Source of the DNA: Blasia pusilla
Taxonomy: Eukaryota
Direction: 5' to 3'
DNA length: 64,000 nt
NCBI GenBank assembly: GCA_050084515.1
Contig: CM114271.1
Coordinates: 22,754,001 to 22,818,000, forward strand
Notes under the pieces: model-generated
Seen by the model: only the letters and a program-made list of their open reading frames with translations
What the model was told of the DNA's origin: nothing
Databases searched by the model: none
Shown: positions 12,230 through 25,800 of the stretch, piece by piece
How positions within the stretch are numbered: position 1 is the first letter of the stretch
Layout of the letters: each line of letters opens with the position of its first letter
Program-made: the position numbers and the translations under genes

Positions 12230-13684
12230 ACGTCAAACATATTTAGTGACAGTCCATGCAGGTTCATATGAGTCCATGGAGATCGTATGTGCGCTATATG
12301 ATGAAGTCTTAGTCAAGAATTGGATAGTGAGTGTGCAGAGTGCATTAGGCCACGTGGATCTACATTTCGTATGTGCTGAGTCTTTGACTTTGTATCGAGT
12401 CTTATTCAGGAATTATTCTCTCTTCTTGTTTTGACCTGGTTACCTCACTAGAAGGAGTCACCTTTCTTGAGACTCAAGAAGCTCGGGAATAGGACCCGGA
12501 GAGTGCCCCATGGGGATATAGGCCCATATTTCTTTTGCTGGAGCCTTAAGTGGCCCCCGCTTTTTAGTTCAGGGTTTCCCACGATTTTTGGTTGGGATCC
12601 CCATAATGCCTTTAACCTTATCCGCTAACTCGAACCCTTTCTCCTCAGTTACAAACATCTTCCTGAAAGCTTTAGTTTTTAGAGGAATATTACCTCATGG
12701 GTAGGGGCGCGCCCCCTTCTCCAGCTTTCCGATCGCACCACTTACCCAGCTTTGGGCCTACCTTCACTTTTAAGGAGAGGACTATGCCAAAACTCATCAG
12801 GTTAATTAGTGGTTGAGGAGCACGGGTTTGGGAGTGGTGGCCCAAGGGCGAATGCTACAAGGCGGCGGCGGCGGCGGGCAGGGCGGCGGCGGCGGCGGCG
12901 GCGGCGAAGAAGCTCGAGGGACATCATCTTCACATGAGAGAAGTTTGAAATCTCCACTCGAGAAATGGGTTTTAGGCAGGCGGGTCTTTGACGTGGAGTA
13001 ATGGGATTTGCGGCGGGCTCGGCTGTGAGACGGCGGCCTAAGGCCCACCAGCTCTTTGTTGTTGCTGATACTTGTTGGTGAGTTTTCGTTAGGGGGAATG
13101 CCCCTTCTTCCTTTTTCAGTCGTCGTGTTGTGGCCTTGAGGTTTGACTCTTTGAGTCCCCCTCTTTTGTACTTCCGATGGGTTTTCCATCACTCGTTTTT
13201 ATCGAAGTGCATCTTTCTTTTCGTCAAACATATTTAGTGACAGTCCATGCAGGTTCATATGAGTCCATGGAGATCGTATGTGCGCTATATGATGAAGTCT
13301 TAGTCAAGAATTGGATAGTGAGTGTGAGTGCATGGAGATCGTATGTGCTGTTTGACGGAGTCTTATTCAGGAATTAGATAGTGAAAGGAGTGAACTCAAG
13401 AAGACGGGAATGGAGAGCGATATACCCATAGCTCGGAGCCTTAATAGTTCAGGGTTTCCCACGAATTGGGATCCCCATAATGCCCTAACCTATCCGCTAA
13501 CTCGCGAACCCTCAACAAACATCTAAAGCTTTAAGGTTACCCCAACCAGTACCTTCACTTTTAAGGAGGGACTATGCCAAAACTCATCAGGTTAATTAGT
13601 GGTTGAGGAGCACGGGTTTGGGACGTGCTCACATCATACATGAGAGAAGTTTGAAAATACGGTTTTCGCAGGTTGACGTGGAGT
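12230..13684. repeat. Direct duplication (12230-12833 vs 13222-13623, second copy with many small deletions) around a retroelement fragment
   Basis: About 105 identical bp from CGTCAAACATATTTAGTGACAG, and an identical GGACTATGCCAAAACTCATCAGGTTAATTAGTGGTTGAGGAGCACGGGTTTGGGA block in both copies. Confidence 0.9.
12833..13221 (+). mobile_element. Degraded 3-prime fragment of a CRE-like retroelement (homologous to 45851-46295), with a (GGC)n tract at 12861-12906
   Basis: Shares AGTGGTGGCCCAAGGGCGAATGCT, ATCTCCACTCGAGAAATGGGTT, TTGTTGTTGCTGATA, GGGGGAATGCCCC and GAAGTGCATCTT with 45851-46295. Confidence 0.75.
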
Positions 13685-13732
13685 CTAGTTGCCGGCCCAA
13701 AACCACCACTTGTCCACTGCTGGACTAGATAT

Positions 13733-14118
13733 CAAGGTTGTACACGGACAAATTTTGTGTCCATCAGTAAGACAAACATGTCTGTGTGAGCCCGGGTACC
13801 GCCACCTCGCATCCAAGCCCACCAAACCCGTAATGTAGTCCCAAGTTGGCCGAGCCCGCATGAAGCCCGCGGTAGGCATGTAGGGCTCTGAGTCTGTCCT
13901 ACATGGCTTGAGGTCTGTCATGCACAAGCTTGACCAAGACCTACGGGCCCTATGCAGGCTGAGGCCCGCGCGCAGGCTTCATGCGGACTACAAGATGGGT
14001 GCGGGCTCGACCAGCTTGGGTCTACATTATGGGCTCGACACGCTCAAGGGGAGGCTCAGATGCGGGCGGGAGACCCATTGGGCATGTCCGTGGACATGTT
14101 CCTTTCTGTGCAACCTTG
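13733..14118. mobile_element. hAT-type MITE copy
   Basis: CAAGGTTGTA ... TGCAACCTTG; flanks CTAGATAT / CCGAATAT (differences are transitions). Confidence 0.8.
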
Positions 14119-14599
14119 CCGAATATCCGACCTATGCTGCTTTCTATCGACATATATGCATACCATCAACATGCATGTGAGCCATGTGGCTATATGCACA
14201 TGTCCGGATAACATTCGTTTGAAATTTGAAAATCTTTATAGGTAGAGTCCGATATCGCGTTCAAAAACCATTGTTTCTTCTTCCCTCCATTCTTTGCAAG
14301 GCCTGAGCTTATTCTTGCTATAGGAAATGCGCCATGTTTTGGTATTCTTCATTCTCCATTCCCCAACCCCGTAGTTTCATCTTCAATATTAGTTGCCTTT
14401 CTGGACTTATATGCGCATATGTATTGTGTGCTATGTTGAATTATTGCTGGGTGTGGATAGTTTAGCACAGCTGTCGCTTTGCGTTGTTTTCCCCGCGGAT
14501 TTTTTGTGGAATGGAAATCCGTATGCCCATGGACGGCAACGAGCACAAAATCGTTCCTAATGAAATCATTTAGAATCCGTTCCACAAAATGGTTTTTCT

Positions 14600-17320
14600 C
14601 CACATGACCATTATAGCCCGCATTTTTTCCATCCATAGTAACCTCCGTCACGTTTTCTCCCAACCTTGGCGTTGTTTTTTTCAAATAGTTCACTTTGCTA
14701 CTAAATATTTCCCATTTGGTGCAGAAATGGGAAACGTTCTTTCATCTTCCGGAGTATGCGGAATGTTTCCAATGCAACAGCACGGAAGCCATTCCATTTA
14801 GACAAGCTTGAAGTGACCATTTAAGTGACTTGCTATTTTCGTCCTTGAGTTTTCCTACCCGCTTCTCATCATCTGCGGCTGTGACTAAATGGGATTCAGT
14901 CCTAGGCTTGTGGGAATGGAATTCTTTCTATCCTCCTAGAACAACATTCAAATTTTGAGTGTTGTATTTTTCCATCCGTATTGGTCTTCTCGATCACATT
15001 TACAATGAAGCTTCACATATTTTTTTGCATTTCCCCCCCAGTCGTTGCTAAATGTTCCCCGTTCTCCATTCAGTGCAATAATGGATCTACATCTTTAGGA
15101 GTATGCGGAATGGTCTCCAATAGAATAACACATAAAGCCATTCAACTCGTGTGAGCTTGAAGTGACCATTTCAGTGACTTTCTATTTTCTTCCTTAAGTT
15201 GTTTCACCTGTTGCTCATCCTCTACAACTTTGTATGGAACTAGGATTCAATCCTAGGCTTGTGGAAACAATATTCTATCCTCCTAGGACAGTATTACAGC
15301 GGCATATTTTTTCCATCCGTATTGGTCTGCCCGGCCACGTTTACGATGAAGCTTACCGTCTCTTTTTCTTGGAAAATGGTTTGTCCGTCACGGCGCTTTG
15401 CATTGTTGTACTGTCGCTATTGAATGCTATTTTTTCTCTACTTAGTGCCAAAATGGCTCTCCCTCTTGGTCACTATGCCAAAGGATTTCCAATGCAATAG
15501 CACGGAAGCCATTCCGCCAATCCACCTCATAAACCCTCATAATTAAAGTGACCCTTTTGATGGCGCTCCGAAGCCCTTCCAATTAAGTTTGTATGATTTT
15601 GCCCAAGTTATTATTCTAGTCACCATCTTGGGACATTATCCACATGGGTCTTATCTATAGTCAAGGCCGGACTAAACCTTTATATTGGAGGTGGATGTGT
15701 TCCCATATGTCTATGATTTCCTCTATACTCACGGCCATCTCAATCCCCAAGCGGAACTTATGGAATGGTTTTCGAGGTAACAAACATAAATCCATTTTGT
15801 AAAATGAATACTTATCATTTCGATAAACCATCATTGAAGGATGGAAAAATCACAATCTAGTTTTTGGCTCCATGTACTTATATTACCAGCGTAATGTGAT
15901 CTTTCAATCATCGAAGAATATATTGAAGCAAAAATTGAATTAGGTGAGAGTCTAATGAAGACAATAGGACTTCTTGTGGGAAATGGTGGATACACATACC
16001 ACAAACATTGGTCCATAACACCCCCATGGAATGATTTCCCTTATGTCACGGAGGACGACATTCCGCACCACAAATGTTGTATCAGGTCTCCCCTCACTAT
16101 AAATGACGGAATAATTTTCAAATAAATAATGGGGAATTTAAAGCTACTAAAATTCCATAAGAAAAGCCATATGACTATGATGTCCTTGTAGGGTCGCAAG
16201 ATCCCACTCCAATTGGCGGAATGGTTTCCACGATAACAAACAAGAAGCCATTACACATAAGGGGGGAATGCTTTCATTTTCCGGAAACCTTTGCCCAAGG
16301 ATTACAAAAGCACAAGCATCTAGGAAGCCATTCAACGTGTTTAGCCACAAAGGGACCTCAAAAAATTCCTTCATCCATATTACTCTTAGGTTCTTATAGG
16401 TTGCATTATAAGATTGAAGTTAAAAATGGACTCAAGATGTTAGTATGAATTTGAAAAGGTTCTGCTCCTATATGACTCGATGTCCTTATAGGGTGCAAGG
16501 TCATCCACCCCACTACAATTCACGGAATGATTTCTAAGACGAGAAATAGGAATTCATTTTGCATATTAAAGGCATCCCATTTCGAGAAACCTTCACCCAA
16601 GAATCACAAAAGTACAACCATACGGGAAGTCATTAGGATTTTTTCTTTAGAAAATTCTTGCTCTGATATGACTCTAATGGCATTGTAGAGTTCAAGGTCA
16701 TCCACCCCATTACAATTGGTGGAATGGTTTCTAAAATGAGAAATAGGAAGTTATTTTGTACAGTAAAAGAGTTCCATTTCGAGAAACCTTCATCTAGGGA
16801 TTACAAAAGAAAAACCATGTAGGAGGCCATTGAGAGTGTTTATTCACAAAAGTCTTGCTCCTATATGACTTTGATGCCATTCTAAGCTGTAAGGTCATGC
16901 ATCCCACTACAATTGGTGGAATCGTTTCCAAGATTAGATATAAGAAGTCATTCTGCACGCTGAATGTGTCCCATTTTCAGAAACCTTCATGTGATTTTAA
17001 AAAGGACATGTTCGCATATGACTCTAATTTCCATATTGGTTGCAACCGTGCAAGGTCATCCACTTGGCGGAATAATTTCCATAGAGAGAAATAAGAAGCC
17101 CTTTTGCACAAGGAGGAAGAGTTCTATTTCCATAAATCTTCACCCAAGGATTGCAAACGCACATCTACATAGGAAGCCATCTCGAGTATTTAGTCACTAG
17201 CAAACTCAATTGACTTGCAAGAATTTACAAAAGTCCTACCCTTATAACAAAAACATTCATCCAAGGATTCCACAAGTACTTCCATATAGGAAACCATGTT
17301 GAGTGTTGAGCCATAAACAC
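14600..17320 (-). repeat. Degenerate array of 150-450-bp units sharing a 35-bp core that translates as NGF(L/M)FxxxETIP
   Basis: Plus-strand core GGAATGGTTTCCA-N14-AAGCCATT at about 14760, 15107, 15483, 15762, 16218, 16524, 16721, 16918 and 17069. Confidence 0.75.
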
Positions 17321-17699
17321 AATGCATATGTTGTTTAGAATATTCAAAAACTTCTGCTTTCATAATATTTCTTCCAAACTTGGGAAATTAACCTGGGAAA
17401 CCATCAAAATTAACAATCAGTTGTTGTTCATGCATGCTAGTTGTATATCTGAAATCTTTTATCTATTTCTGTACTGCTTTCGGTATGTTGTTGTGAATCT
17501 CCCATTGATGTATTATCATGAAGAACCATGTTTGAACATTCAAAGGAGAGGTAAAAAATTTTGATGGGGAATGGGTCTTCTCACCACTTAAGTTCAAATT
17601 TTAAACATGTATTTAACTAAAACCTATTTTTTGATATGTTATAGGATGTAGGGGAATCGAAATACACCTTCTTCCGCATCCACTTAAAAAGAGACATTA

Positions 17700-19617
17700 T
17701 CAATTATAGCGTTTACACCATGGCCATTGGATTGTTTTCGAATGAGCTTTAGATAAACCATCCCAATATGGCGTGTATCAAATTTGGTTCAAAGAATTTT
17801 TACCTTATCCGCTTCATTATACTCTTCCCTCAAAAAGAAAAAAATTTGATTCACAAACACAAAGCACGGAAAATGATGGATAAAAATAGGCATTTCATCT
17901 AGAATTTTTGCACTTGTATGTAATGTTAATCATTCCAAGGAAAGTGAAGTGTGGCCTTACAATATGCTTGCATATATTCCGCTTTAGAGACCACACACAA
18001 CCACAATGCCTTGCTTTATATTGTAATTATATACTTCATACCACTTATTATACTGCAAACTCTCGCTGTGCTTACTTGCCTCGTCATTGCTGTGATCTCC
18101 ATATCATCACATAGGATTCCTCTTCCTTTTAAGAGAGCAATATTGATGTATTTTTCAAGAGTAACATTTATCGCAAATCCCATTTTTTTCAATAACTGTA
18201 TGTGGAAATATCATATCCAAAAATCTTCGCTCAATTTCCAGACAAAGTAATCCCCTCTCCTTTGAGATAATTTCCTCTTATCATTATTCAACATAGCCTT
18301 TATGCTTCCATGAAAATTCACAATAGTTTCGTTAGTATCTCGGTTTGCATGTGGATAGTACCTCATTTTCCTTTCCCCATCTATTTGAAATAAGTGGGTC
18401 AAGTGTCAGATAGTACTCCCATATAAGCATGTAGGCCATCATATGTCAGATATCAACATAAATGGTGCACCCACCACGTTTAGGTTCTCAATATATTTGA
18501 ATGTTCTTGATGAATTCACTTTTGTCTTGAAATTTGAAGTGGAACTATCCACTCCAAATTCACTTCTTTTTTATTACACTCTAGTTATTGCATATACATT
18601 TGGAACCCATTATGGCCCGAATGACTTGCACCATTTCCAACAAGAGGTTTTTCAAATGTGCCCACTCTCCACTTCCATCCATTTATATGGTGATATGTGT
18701 AAGCATGCTATTGGATGAAAAAATGTTGAACTTTGCTTTATAACCAAGAAGAAAAGTATTAAAGAATGGTTTGTGGCACTTTTTTCACATCATTTCCTCG
18801 GGGTTTTTTATAGGTCTCTGGTCCCCAAAAGTAATAAGGTTGCACGGAAATGAACAAGTCCGTCCATGGAATGGACATATCGGAAATACCGGGCCTGCAC
18901 CTGGGCCCGCACCCAAGCCCGCCTCGGAGCCCACCACCTAGGCCCGGGCTGACGGAGCCCGCACCCATTGCGTGGCTTGCAGGGCGGGCTCGGGGCAGGT
19001 GCGGGCTCCATGCAGGCAGGCGCGAGCTTAGGCCTCATTGGGCGCGGCCTAGGGCGGGCAGGTAGCCCCGCGCTCTCACGCCGGGCAGGTGTAGGCTCCT
19101 TGCGGGTAGGTGCAGGCTTAGGGCGGGCAGGCGCGGGCTCAAGCGTGATTGGGCGCGGGCTAGGGTGAGCAGGGGCGAGCTCCCGATAGGCATGTGCAAG
19201 CTTCGGGCGGGCAGGTGCGGGCCTAAGGCGAGCAAGCGTGGGCTCTCGGATGATTGGGAATGGGCTAGGGCGGGCAGGCGCAGGCAGGCGTGGGCTCAGG
19301 GTAGATTGACGGGCAGGTGCGGGCTCCAAGCGGGTAAATGCAAGCTCCAAGCGGATAGGCGCGGGCTCAAGGGCCCGCACCGAACCTGCCGGCAACCCGC
19401 ACCCGTTGCGTGGCCCGCGGCCCGACCAAGGGCGGGCTTGATGCGGGCTTGGATGCGGGATCGGGTGTGGACCCCGGGTTCCGGGGCTTGCACGGGAACC
19501 CGGGGACATAAGTCCATAGACATGGACATGTCCGTGGACATGGACTTTCCTGAAAAGTAAGAGATAGTAGGCCTCAAGGTCATAAATAAAGGTGACAGTT
19601 GCAAACTTGGGTGTCAA
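17700..19617 (-). pseudogene. MULE-type SWIM zinc-finger transposase relic (N- and C-terminal parts), split by a MITE
   Basis: SWIM finger CGCVWSLKRNICKHIV (about 17958-18005); PHANRDTNETIVNFHGSIK...RRGDYFVWKL (18211-18402); YFWGPETY matching the family's YWCxxGPxD motif beside the MITE. Confidence 0.8.
18835..19552. mobile_element. hAT-type MITE copy with about 21-bp GC-rich internal array
   Basis: Left TAAGGTTGCACGGAAA; right end internally deleted (GGACTTTCCTG). Perfect 8-bp TSD AAAAGTAA (18827-18834, 19553-19560). Confidence 0.92.
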
Positions 19618-19619
19618 TG

Positions 19620-20130
19620 TCTTTTTACAATCCTTGAAATGACCACTCCTTCATATGTGACAAAAATCACCCACAAGAAGAAAATTCATGTGGATAAAGC
19701 CGACAAGCCATGCCATGGAAAGGATGATGAAGAATCCTTAAAAACATCCACGATGTTTTCTCGTCATATTTTTTATGATTTGAAGAACGATGTGAAAGAG
19801 AGACTTGACTTGGGGGTAAAGCCCCACTAGATCCAAGCAGAGCACTGAGTCTCAAAGATGTTGAAAATGAACTCGCAAACAGATCCTAACTTTGAACACG
19901 GTTAGACTCGAGATGACTTTATGCAGATGCATGATATGCACAACAACAAAAAAAATAAAATTCAGTAAGGAGGCATTTCCTTATGGAAGAAACGAGAACA
20001 AGTCCACGAGTTTTTTTTATGGAGTATTATCCCTTTTCATATATAAGCCTTACATAGATGAAACGCGTCCATTTATTTTGGGATTCTAAAGGCAATGGTA
20101 GCTTTAAGCTCTTGCAAAGCATGTGATAGA
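19620..20130 (+). pseudogene. Middle part of the MULE/SWIM transposase, on the opposite strand
   Basis: HVDKADKPCHG...MFSRHI...LGV, TRDDF and PFILGF*RQW are the motifs that lie between GPxD and the DDE core in plant MULE-SWIM proteins. Confidence 0.75.
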
Positions 20131-22829
20131 GGACCATCTTAATTTTTGGTCATGAGGTTTGTGCCACAAAATCGCAATAATGAAGGATGAAGAGTAGGTT
20201 TTTTCAGACCATAGGACCTAGGACCATAACACCCTAGGACCTAGGAACAATCCAACTTTCTCTTACTTCCTCCATACCATCCAATATTATTAAGGAAAAT
20301 AAAAACCTTAAAACCGTTCGATCTCACTAGGATATATGAAAAACATTTGGTATGAAACAAGGTTTTCATGATAAAGAGGTTATTTAATATGAAGTTGAGG
20401 AAAAAAAGTTTCAAGGGTAAATATCTTAATTAGTTACAAATTCTCACACTAACAAACCAATTAAATAAAAATTTCAACTCATTTCAGACCAAAGTTCAGC
20501 CAAAATTTTAACCCCAAAATTTTGAAAATTCTCAAAAAAATTCCCCAAAATTTGTGCATCAATTTTTTTCGAGCATTGATCAAGGGAGGCGCCTACTGCC
20601 TTGCCGCCTTGCCTTTGGAGATTGTGTGGAGCTAAATTTGTCAAGTTAGTCTTTATTTCGGCCTATTTGGTTGGCTATAACTAAATTCTAAGAAAAATGC
20701 CAAAATTATTCCAATATAAATGAGTTAAAGGACTAGGTAAAGGGAGGAGTTTGGATTAGCTTTGTATATAAGAAAATTGAAAGAAGTTGAAGCACTAATA
20801 TTTTGTTGAGAAGCTAGTCTAAGAGGAGTTTATCGTTGCTCATGGTAGAGGATTGTATTATAGCCTCTTATTAGCTTCAGGTGATAAACCATTTGTTTTG
20901 TTTGGAGGTGGGGAGGTTACAAATGATCTAATTACAGTCGTAGACAAAGGGTTAAATATATTTAGTGATATATCCACAACAAATGTGGATTGAGATCTTT
21001 GGCTTTTGAAGACATGGAATGGTTTGAATGCCTTTGCTCAAGAGCAATTCATATTCTCTTAGAGCGGTGAAGGAAATAGAAACAAGAATACAAGCATTTC
21101 CAATTAGTATATATGCTAATTCACGCATATTCTTACCAAGAAATGGAAAGAAGCAAGAAACTCACATTCGCAAATGCTTCAGGTTTCATTTTCTAATCAC
21201 TAGAAGGAAATGAAGATTTCATGACTATGATATATGACTACCCAGAGTCATATATTACATATCGTGACTTTGTATGACTACTGACTTACAAAGTAAAAAA
21301 AGCATAGTCATGAAACATTCTATATGACTCATGACTCAGATGGTGAATGACATGGAATAATTATTAAGTTTTCTTGATGAATAATCTTATGCAGTCATGA
21401 AACCATAACTGAGCAAGTCCACGTAAGCTTAAGAAGGTCAGGTTGACATGTATTAAAGACAAGAATATGGGTTTCACTCATGATTCATAGGTGCCACATC
21501 ATCTTGATGACATATAAAAATGGCAAAATAAATGGTTTGAGTTATAAATAGACACATACCATGTCACATTTGGAGGTCTTAATCCCTATGTGACACGTGT
21601 GAATTAGAATATTGGAAAGTACTTAATGACTTCTTAAGTCATGTCATATTCCTATTTGAGTCATGTCCATAGCATGGTTGGTCACGTAGGGAGTCATAGA
21701 ATATCTTGGATAGTGTGACTAAGATTATAACTTAATGATACCAGTAGTCCTATTAAATCACTCAATTAGTCATGAAACTATTGTACAAGTGAATTATTTA
21801 ACTCATCAAGCCAAGCCATGTTACAATTTCAGTCATATCAATTATGCTTATAGTATGGTAGGTGATTGAGGGAGTCATATGATGTCATAAATAGGGTGAC
21901 AAATTAAGTGACTTTATAGTCATAATCTGATGACTCCGACAATCATATTAACTTACTCGCATGATCTTGGAGATCGTTATCTAGTCATGAAACCAATGTA
22001 TAGGGTAATTATTTGGATGTGTGAAGATTACAAATTCCAGTTTTAATGTTAAATGCATGACTACACTAGTCATGTTTAATCATCTCACTAGTCTTGTTCA
22101 ATCATCATCACTAAGGAAGTCATTCATAAAGTACTCATGGCTAAATCATGACTAAGGGAGTCATGCATTTATCATTTTACAAATCGAATAGTCATATGTT
22201 CAATGAGTGACTAAGAGAGTCACATGCAATTGCAAAAGATGTGCCTGAAGTCATTTAAATAGTTATGGAAGATCAAATTGAATCAGAATTCATGACTTAG
22301 CAAGTCAATTTCACTTGGCATGGCACGACTACAACTTAGTCAAAATCCTGAATTATTGCTAGTAGCCATGATATAATAGTAAACCATGACTAAAATGAGT
22401 CAATTGTATATATGGACCCATATGAAGCCACAAAGCATTGTGACATAAATAACATGTAACAACAAGAAACTGTTAGTGATGAAGAAAAAACTAATAATGA
22501 GCCTCTACTCTTCATGGATGGATGAAATAAGAGAAAATCAAAGTGCAGTAACTCTTGGAAACAATCATGTGCACACAAGAAGATTTGAAAAGAGAGAGAA
22601 AAGTATACAAGAAATGAAAGAACAAATGTAAGAGACATAATGATGCGCATGGAAAAAAGGAGAATACGTAGATAGTTTCCATTTAAACAAAAAAAAATAC
22701 GGACATAGTTACCAATGCCAAGTATATCAAAAAAGATTTGGCGATGATCCTACGCACAAGATTAGATCAAAATTTTCCGAACTGTCACTAAGTACTTGGA
22801 GGATGGGCATTGTCTATTTTCCTACAATT

Positions 22830-25800
22830 ATGTCCCTTCTTTTTAGATTTATCTCTGGCCATAGCACAAAGGACCCTAATGCATCTTTTAGGACCAATTG
22901 TAGTGGATCATCTTCATAGTTTGGCACATGTAACTTGTCATCTCCCATTAAAATTTTTTCCAATTCACTCTAACCATATCCAAGGGAATAAGTTTATTAT
23001 GGAAAGTATCTCGGCATGCCAGCCTTGTCACGATACCATAGGCCAAGATCTCCCTACTCCTCTTTGGCTTTGTGAATGAAACCTTGTCCCAAACCTGCAA
23101 TTGATGCAGCAAAAGGTGGAAAATCAGACCAAGTAGATACATTAAAACAATTAGGAAATGGTATGTGTAATGATATGATCACTAACCTTGGTGAATGACC
23201 ATCCTGCTAGTGGAAATTTTCATATGAACTTCAAAACCTCAAAATTTGATATCTGTCCAAAATAATAACAATCATTGCATCAAGGATTCTAATCAAAGAT
23301 GAAAATATGTGAAAGGAATAACTTTATTTTTATTTTTGCGACCGCTTGATCTTAATTTACTCTCATGTCCATCATTGGAGGCCTCGACCACCACCTTTGT
23401 TTTGAGTTTCTTCTTCAAGGAAGGAAATTCCTTGACACCAACTCTTGGAGTAGGATCTCCACTATGAGCCTCCTCAGAATCTAGTAACAATGGAATCAAC
23501 AATATGGGATCAATAATCACTTCTACCAAGCTGCCAACATTACCCCAAAAGCAAAGATGAAAGGAAAAAAAGATTTTAAAAACACAAAAGGACACCTTAC
23601 CCTTTTCCATTGGTACATCTTCTTACATGGAGAAGTAGAAGGTTCAATTGTGCAACCCTTTGTTTTGTTCAATACAGAAATGTGATCGATTTGGGGCTTG
23701 AGTGTCTCCACCTAACTCATATCCATTTTGTATGTTCTCCAGCCAGGTACATTGTCAAAGCATACAAAGATAAGCATAACTTGCTTGGTGCCTACTATGT
23801 ATGGCATTTATTTTGTTTTCATGCTGCATGCTCTACAAAGTAAAATGTACCCATACTAAACCTCCATGCATGAAAACTCGGCTCAAGAAAGGGCTAAAAT
23901 AGGTACATAAAATTTTAGTTTTCAAACAATATACAAATGTCACCAATAATTGGTTAGGAACTTATTGTTCTTTTTTCATTTGGTGTGGTGGAAATTGGAG
24001 GATTATTATTCCCAATTTTTGAGAAATTGGGTTCCTTCCGTGTGAGTTGACCAACCATCTCCATCAGAGTACAAAGTTGTTCGTGTACTAGTGATAGCTC
24101 TTGTCCCCACCGTTCCTCTTCTTTTGCTAGCTTGGATGTCACATCTTTAATTTTCCACTGTAGATGCAAGTTTCACAATGCGTGGCTTCTGTGAGCAAAC
24201 AACCAATTGAGTGAGTAAAGCACAGGAACAAATCCAGGGAACCATGATGGTGGCAAAGAGGGAAAATAAGGGGGATTCAAACACTCCAATCAAAAGGAAA
24301 ATACATTATCTTACATCTCCAGATGCCTCTCCTTGTTGCCCTAATCGTCTTGTGCGATTCATTGCCTCCACTTGGGACCATGCAAGTTTCAACCTTGGAC
24401 TTGGTTGATTCAGAAGACCAATAGTCTACCAATCGCGTCCATTCAGGCTCTCAAGCATCAACGTGGCATGGCACCGCACGATGATCTCCTTGGTTAATCC
24501 AATAAGTCTTGAACATAAAACGTTCAGTCTTCAACAAGGAAGTGATCTTCTTCCTTAAGCACTCTTGAGATAAATTTGTTGCTCCTACATATTCCCATGC
24601 CTCATCCATGTGATTTCTTATTGCGGCCATCCCAATAGGATCTTGTTTATCTATTTTGACACAAGATATATCCAAGAAACATAGTGCCCATACCTTCACA
24701 TCTGCCAACCAACACTCATATCGAGGAGCGTCTGGATTTTCCCATCGTGTTTCAAGTAACTCACACTTAGGTTTCATGTTGTGGTCCAATTGCTGCTTGG
24801 ATTCTTTGTTCCAAATATCACGCTTAGTTCGACGAGAGCCTACTTTAGATTTCTTTGGCTCAAGATTTGTAAAAGACAAGTATAAGAGCTCACTCAATAG
24901 TTACAATGTTACATACAGTTAATAGTAAGAAGAATGAGAAATCACAATGAACAACAATATGCAATTCAATAGAAAAGTAAAGCAGGTGGAATAATGGCAT
25001 AATTTACATACCACTACTCTTTTCTGTGGTCAATAAATGATTAGACATCAGACATGATTGACTCCTACTCATGGGTCCAGAATAACATCCAATCCCAGGA
25101 TCAACATGGGTATTTGATGGAAATGGTGTTGTGGATAAACCCTTTACAGCAGGTCCACCTTGGGAAGAACATGGGAAACTACTACTATTCATACCATTTT
25201 GACCATGCATTGGAAATTATGGTTGCCCCCCTACGTCAGGTTGAGTCCATGATTGCTGCATGTTTGAAGTATGAGCCTATACTTGTAAAAAACATTCTCC
25301 AATGAAGTAAAATTAAGATCAATCAAGAAGTTAAGCCCCCAATTCACAAAGCTTCATGAAACCTAATGAACACAAAGGATGATTCTATAATTTTCCTATG
25401 AAATATTTTGATCAAACTATATGCTTACTTCTCCATCCTTCAAATAACTAAATGAATAAGACTTACCGTTGGCCAAGTTGGTTGGGCTTGGTGGGTTGGT
25501 GTGTTAGCACCCCATGGTTTTTGGTTTGATATATTTAGCATATTTAATAGTCCTTGCACCATACCAGGCAGTTGCTGCTGGTTGTACCAACTAGCAGCTG
25601 GGGGATTCCATGGTGACCAAACCTGGGATGGATGCCCTGCCAAGATGTTGTTGCTTCCAAGGGAAACATTTTGGATTGGAGGTACTTGACTTTCAGAGAC
25701 AGGTGGAGAAGAAGAATCTCCAATAGAACAGTTTTTTTATGAGATCCACCAACATGTACATCTGTTTGTTTCCAAAGTGGCACCTGCGAAATATTTTTTC

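Noticed and set aside
12600-12645. tRNA/SINE B-box (GGTTCGAGT on the minus strand)
   Set aside because: No A-box or cloverleaf stems.
14950-15330. WRKY domain from DQYGWKKY
   Set aside because: No GQK or downstream zinc ligands, and stops follow.
14760-17105. CRISPR-like regularly spaced repeats
   Set aside because: Cores are degenerate, intervals are 150-450 bp and related to each other, and there are no cas genes.
18808-19617. Long Pro/Ala/Arg-rich ORFs here and at 28.8-29.5 kb and 43.1-44.6 kb
   Set aside because: Open in several frames because they lie in GC-rich MITE arrays; not genes.
20580-21197. Possible Ulp1-like protease relic continuing at 32598-32740 across the CACTA
   Set aside because: Only vague resemblance (EDLG*YV, WENEDIRPLR); catalytic residues not identifiable.
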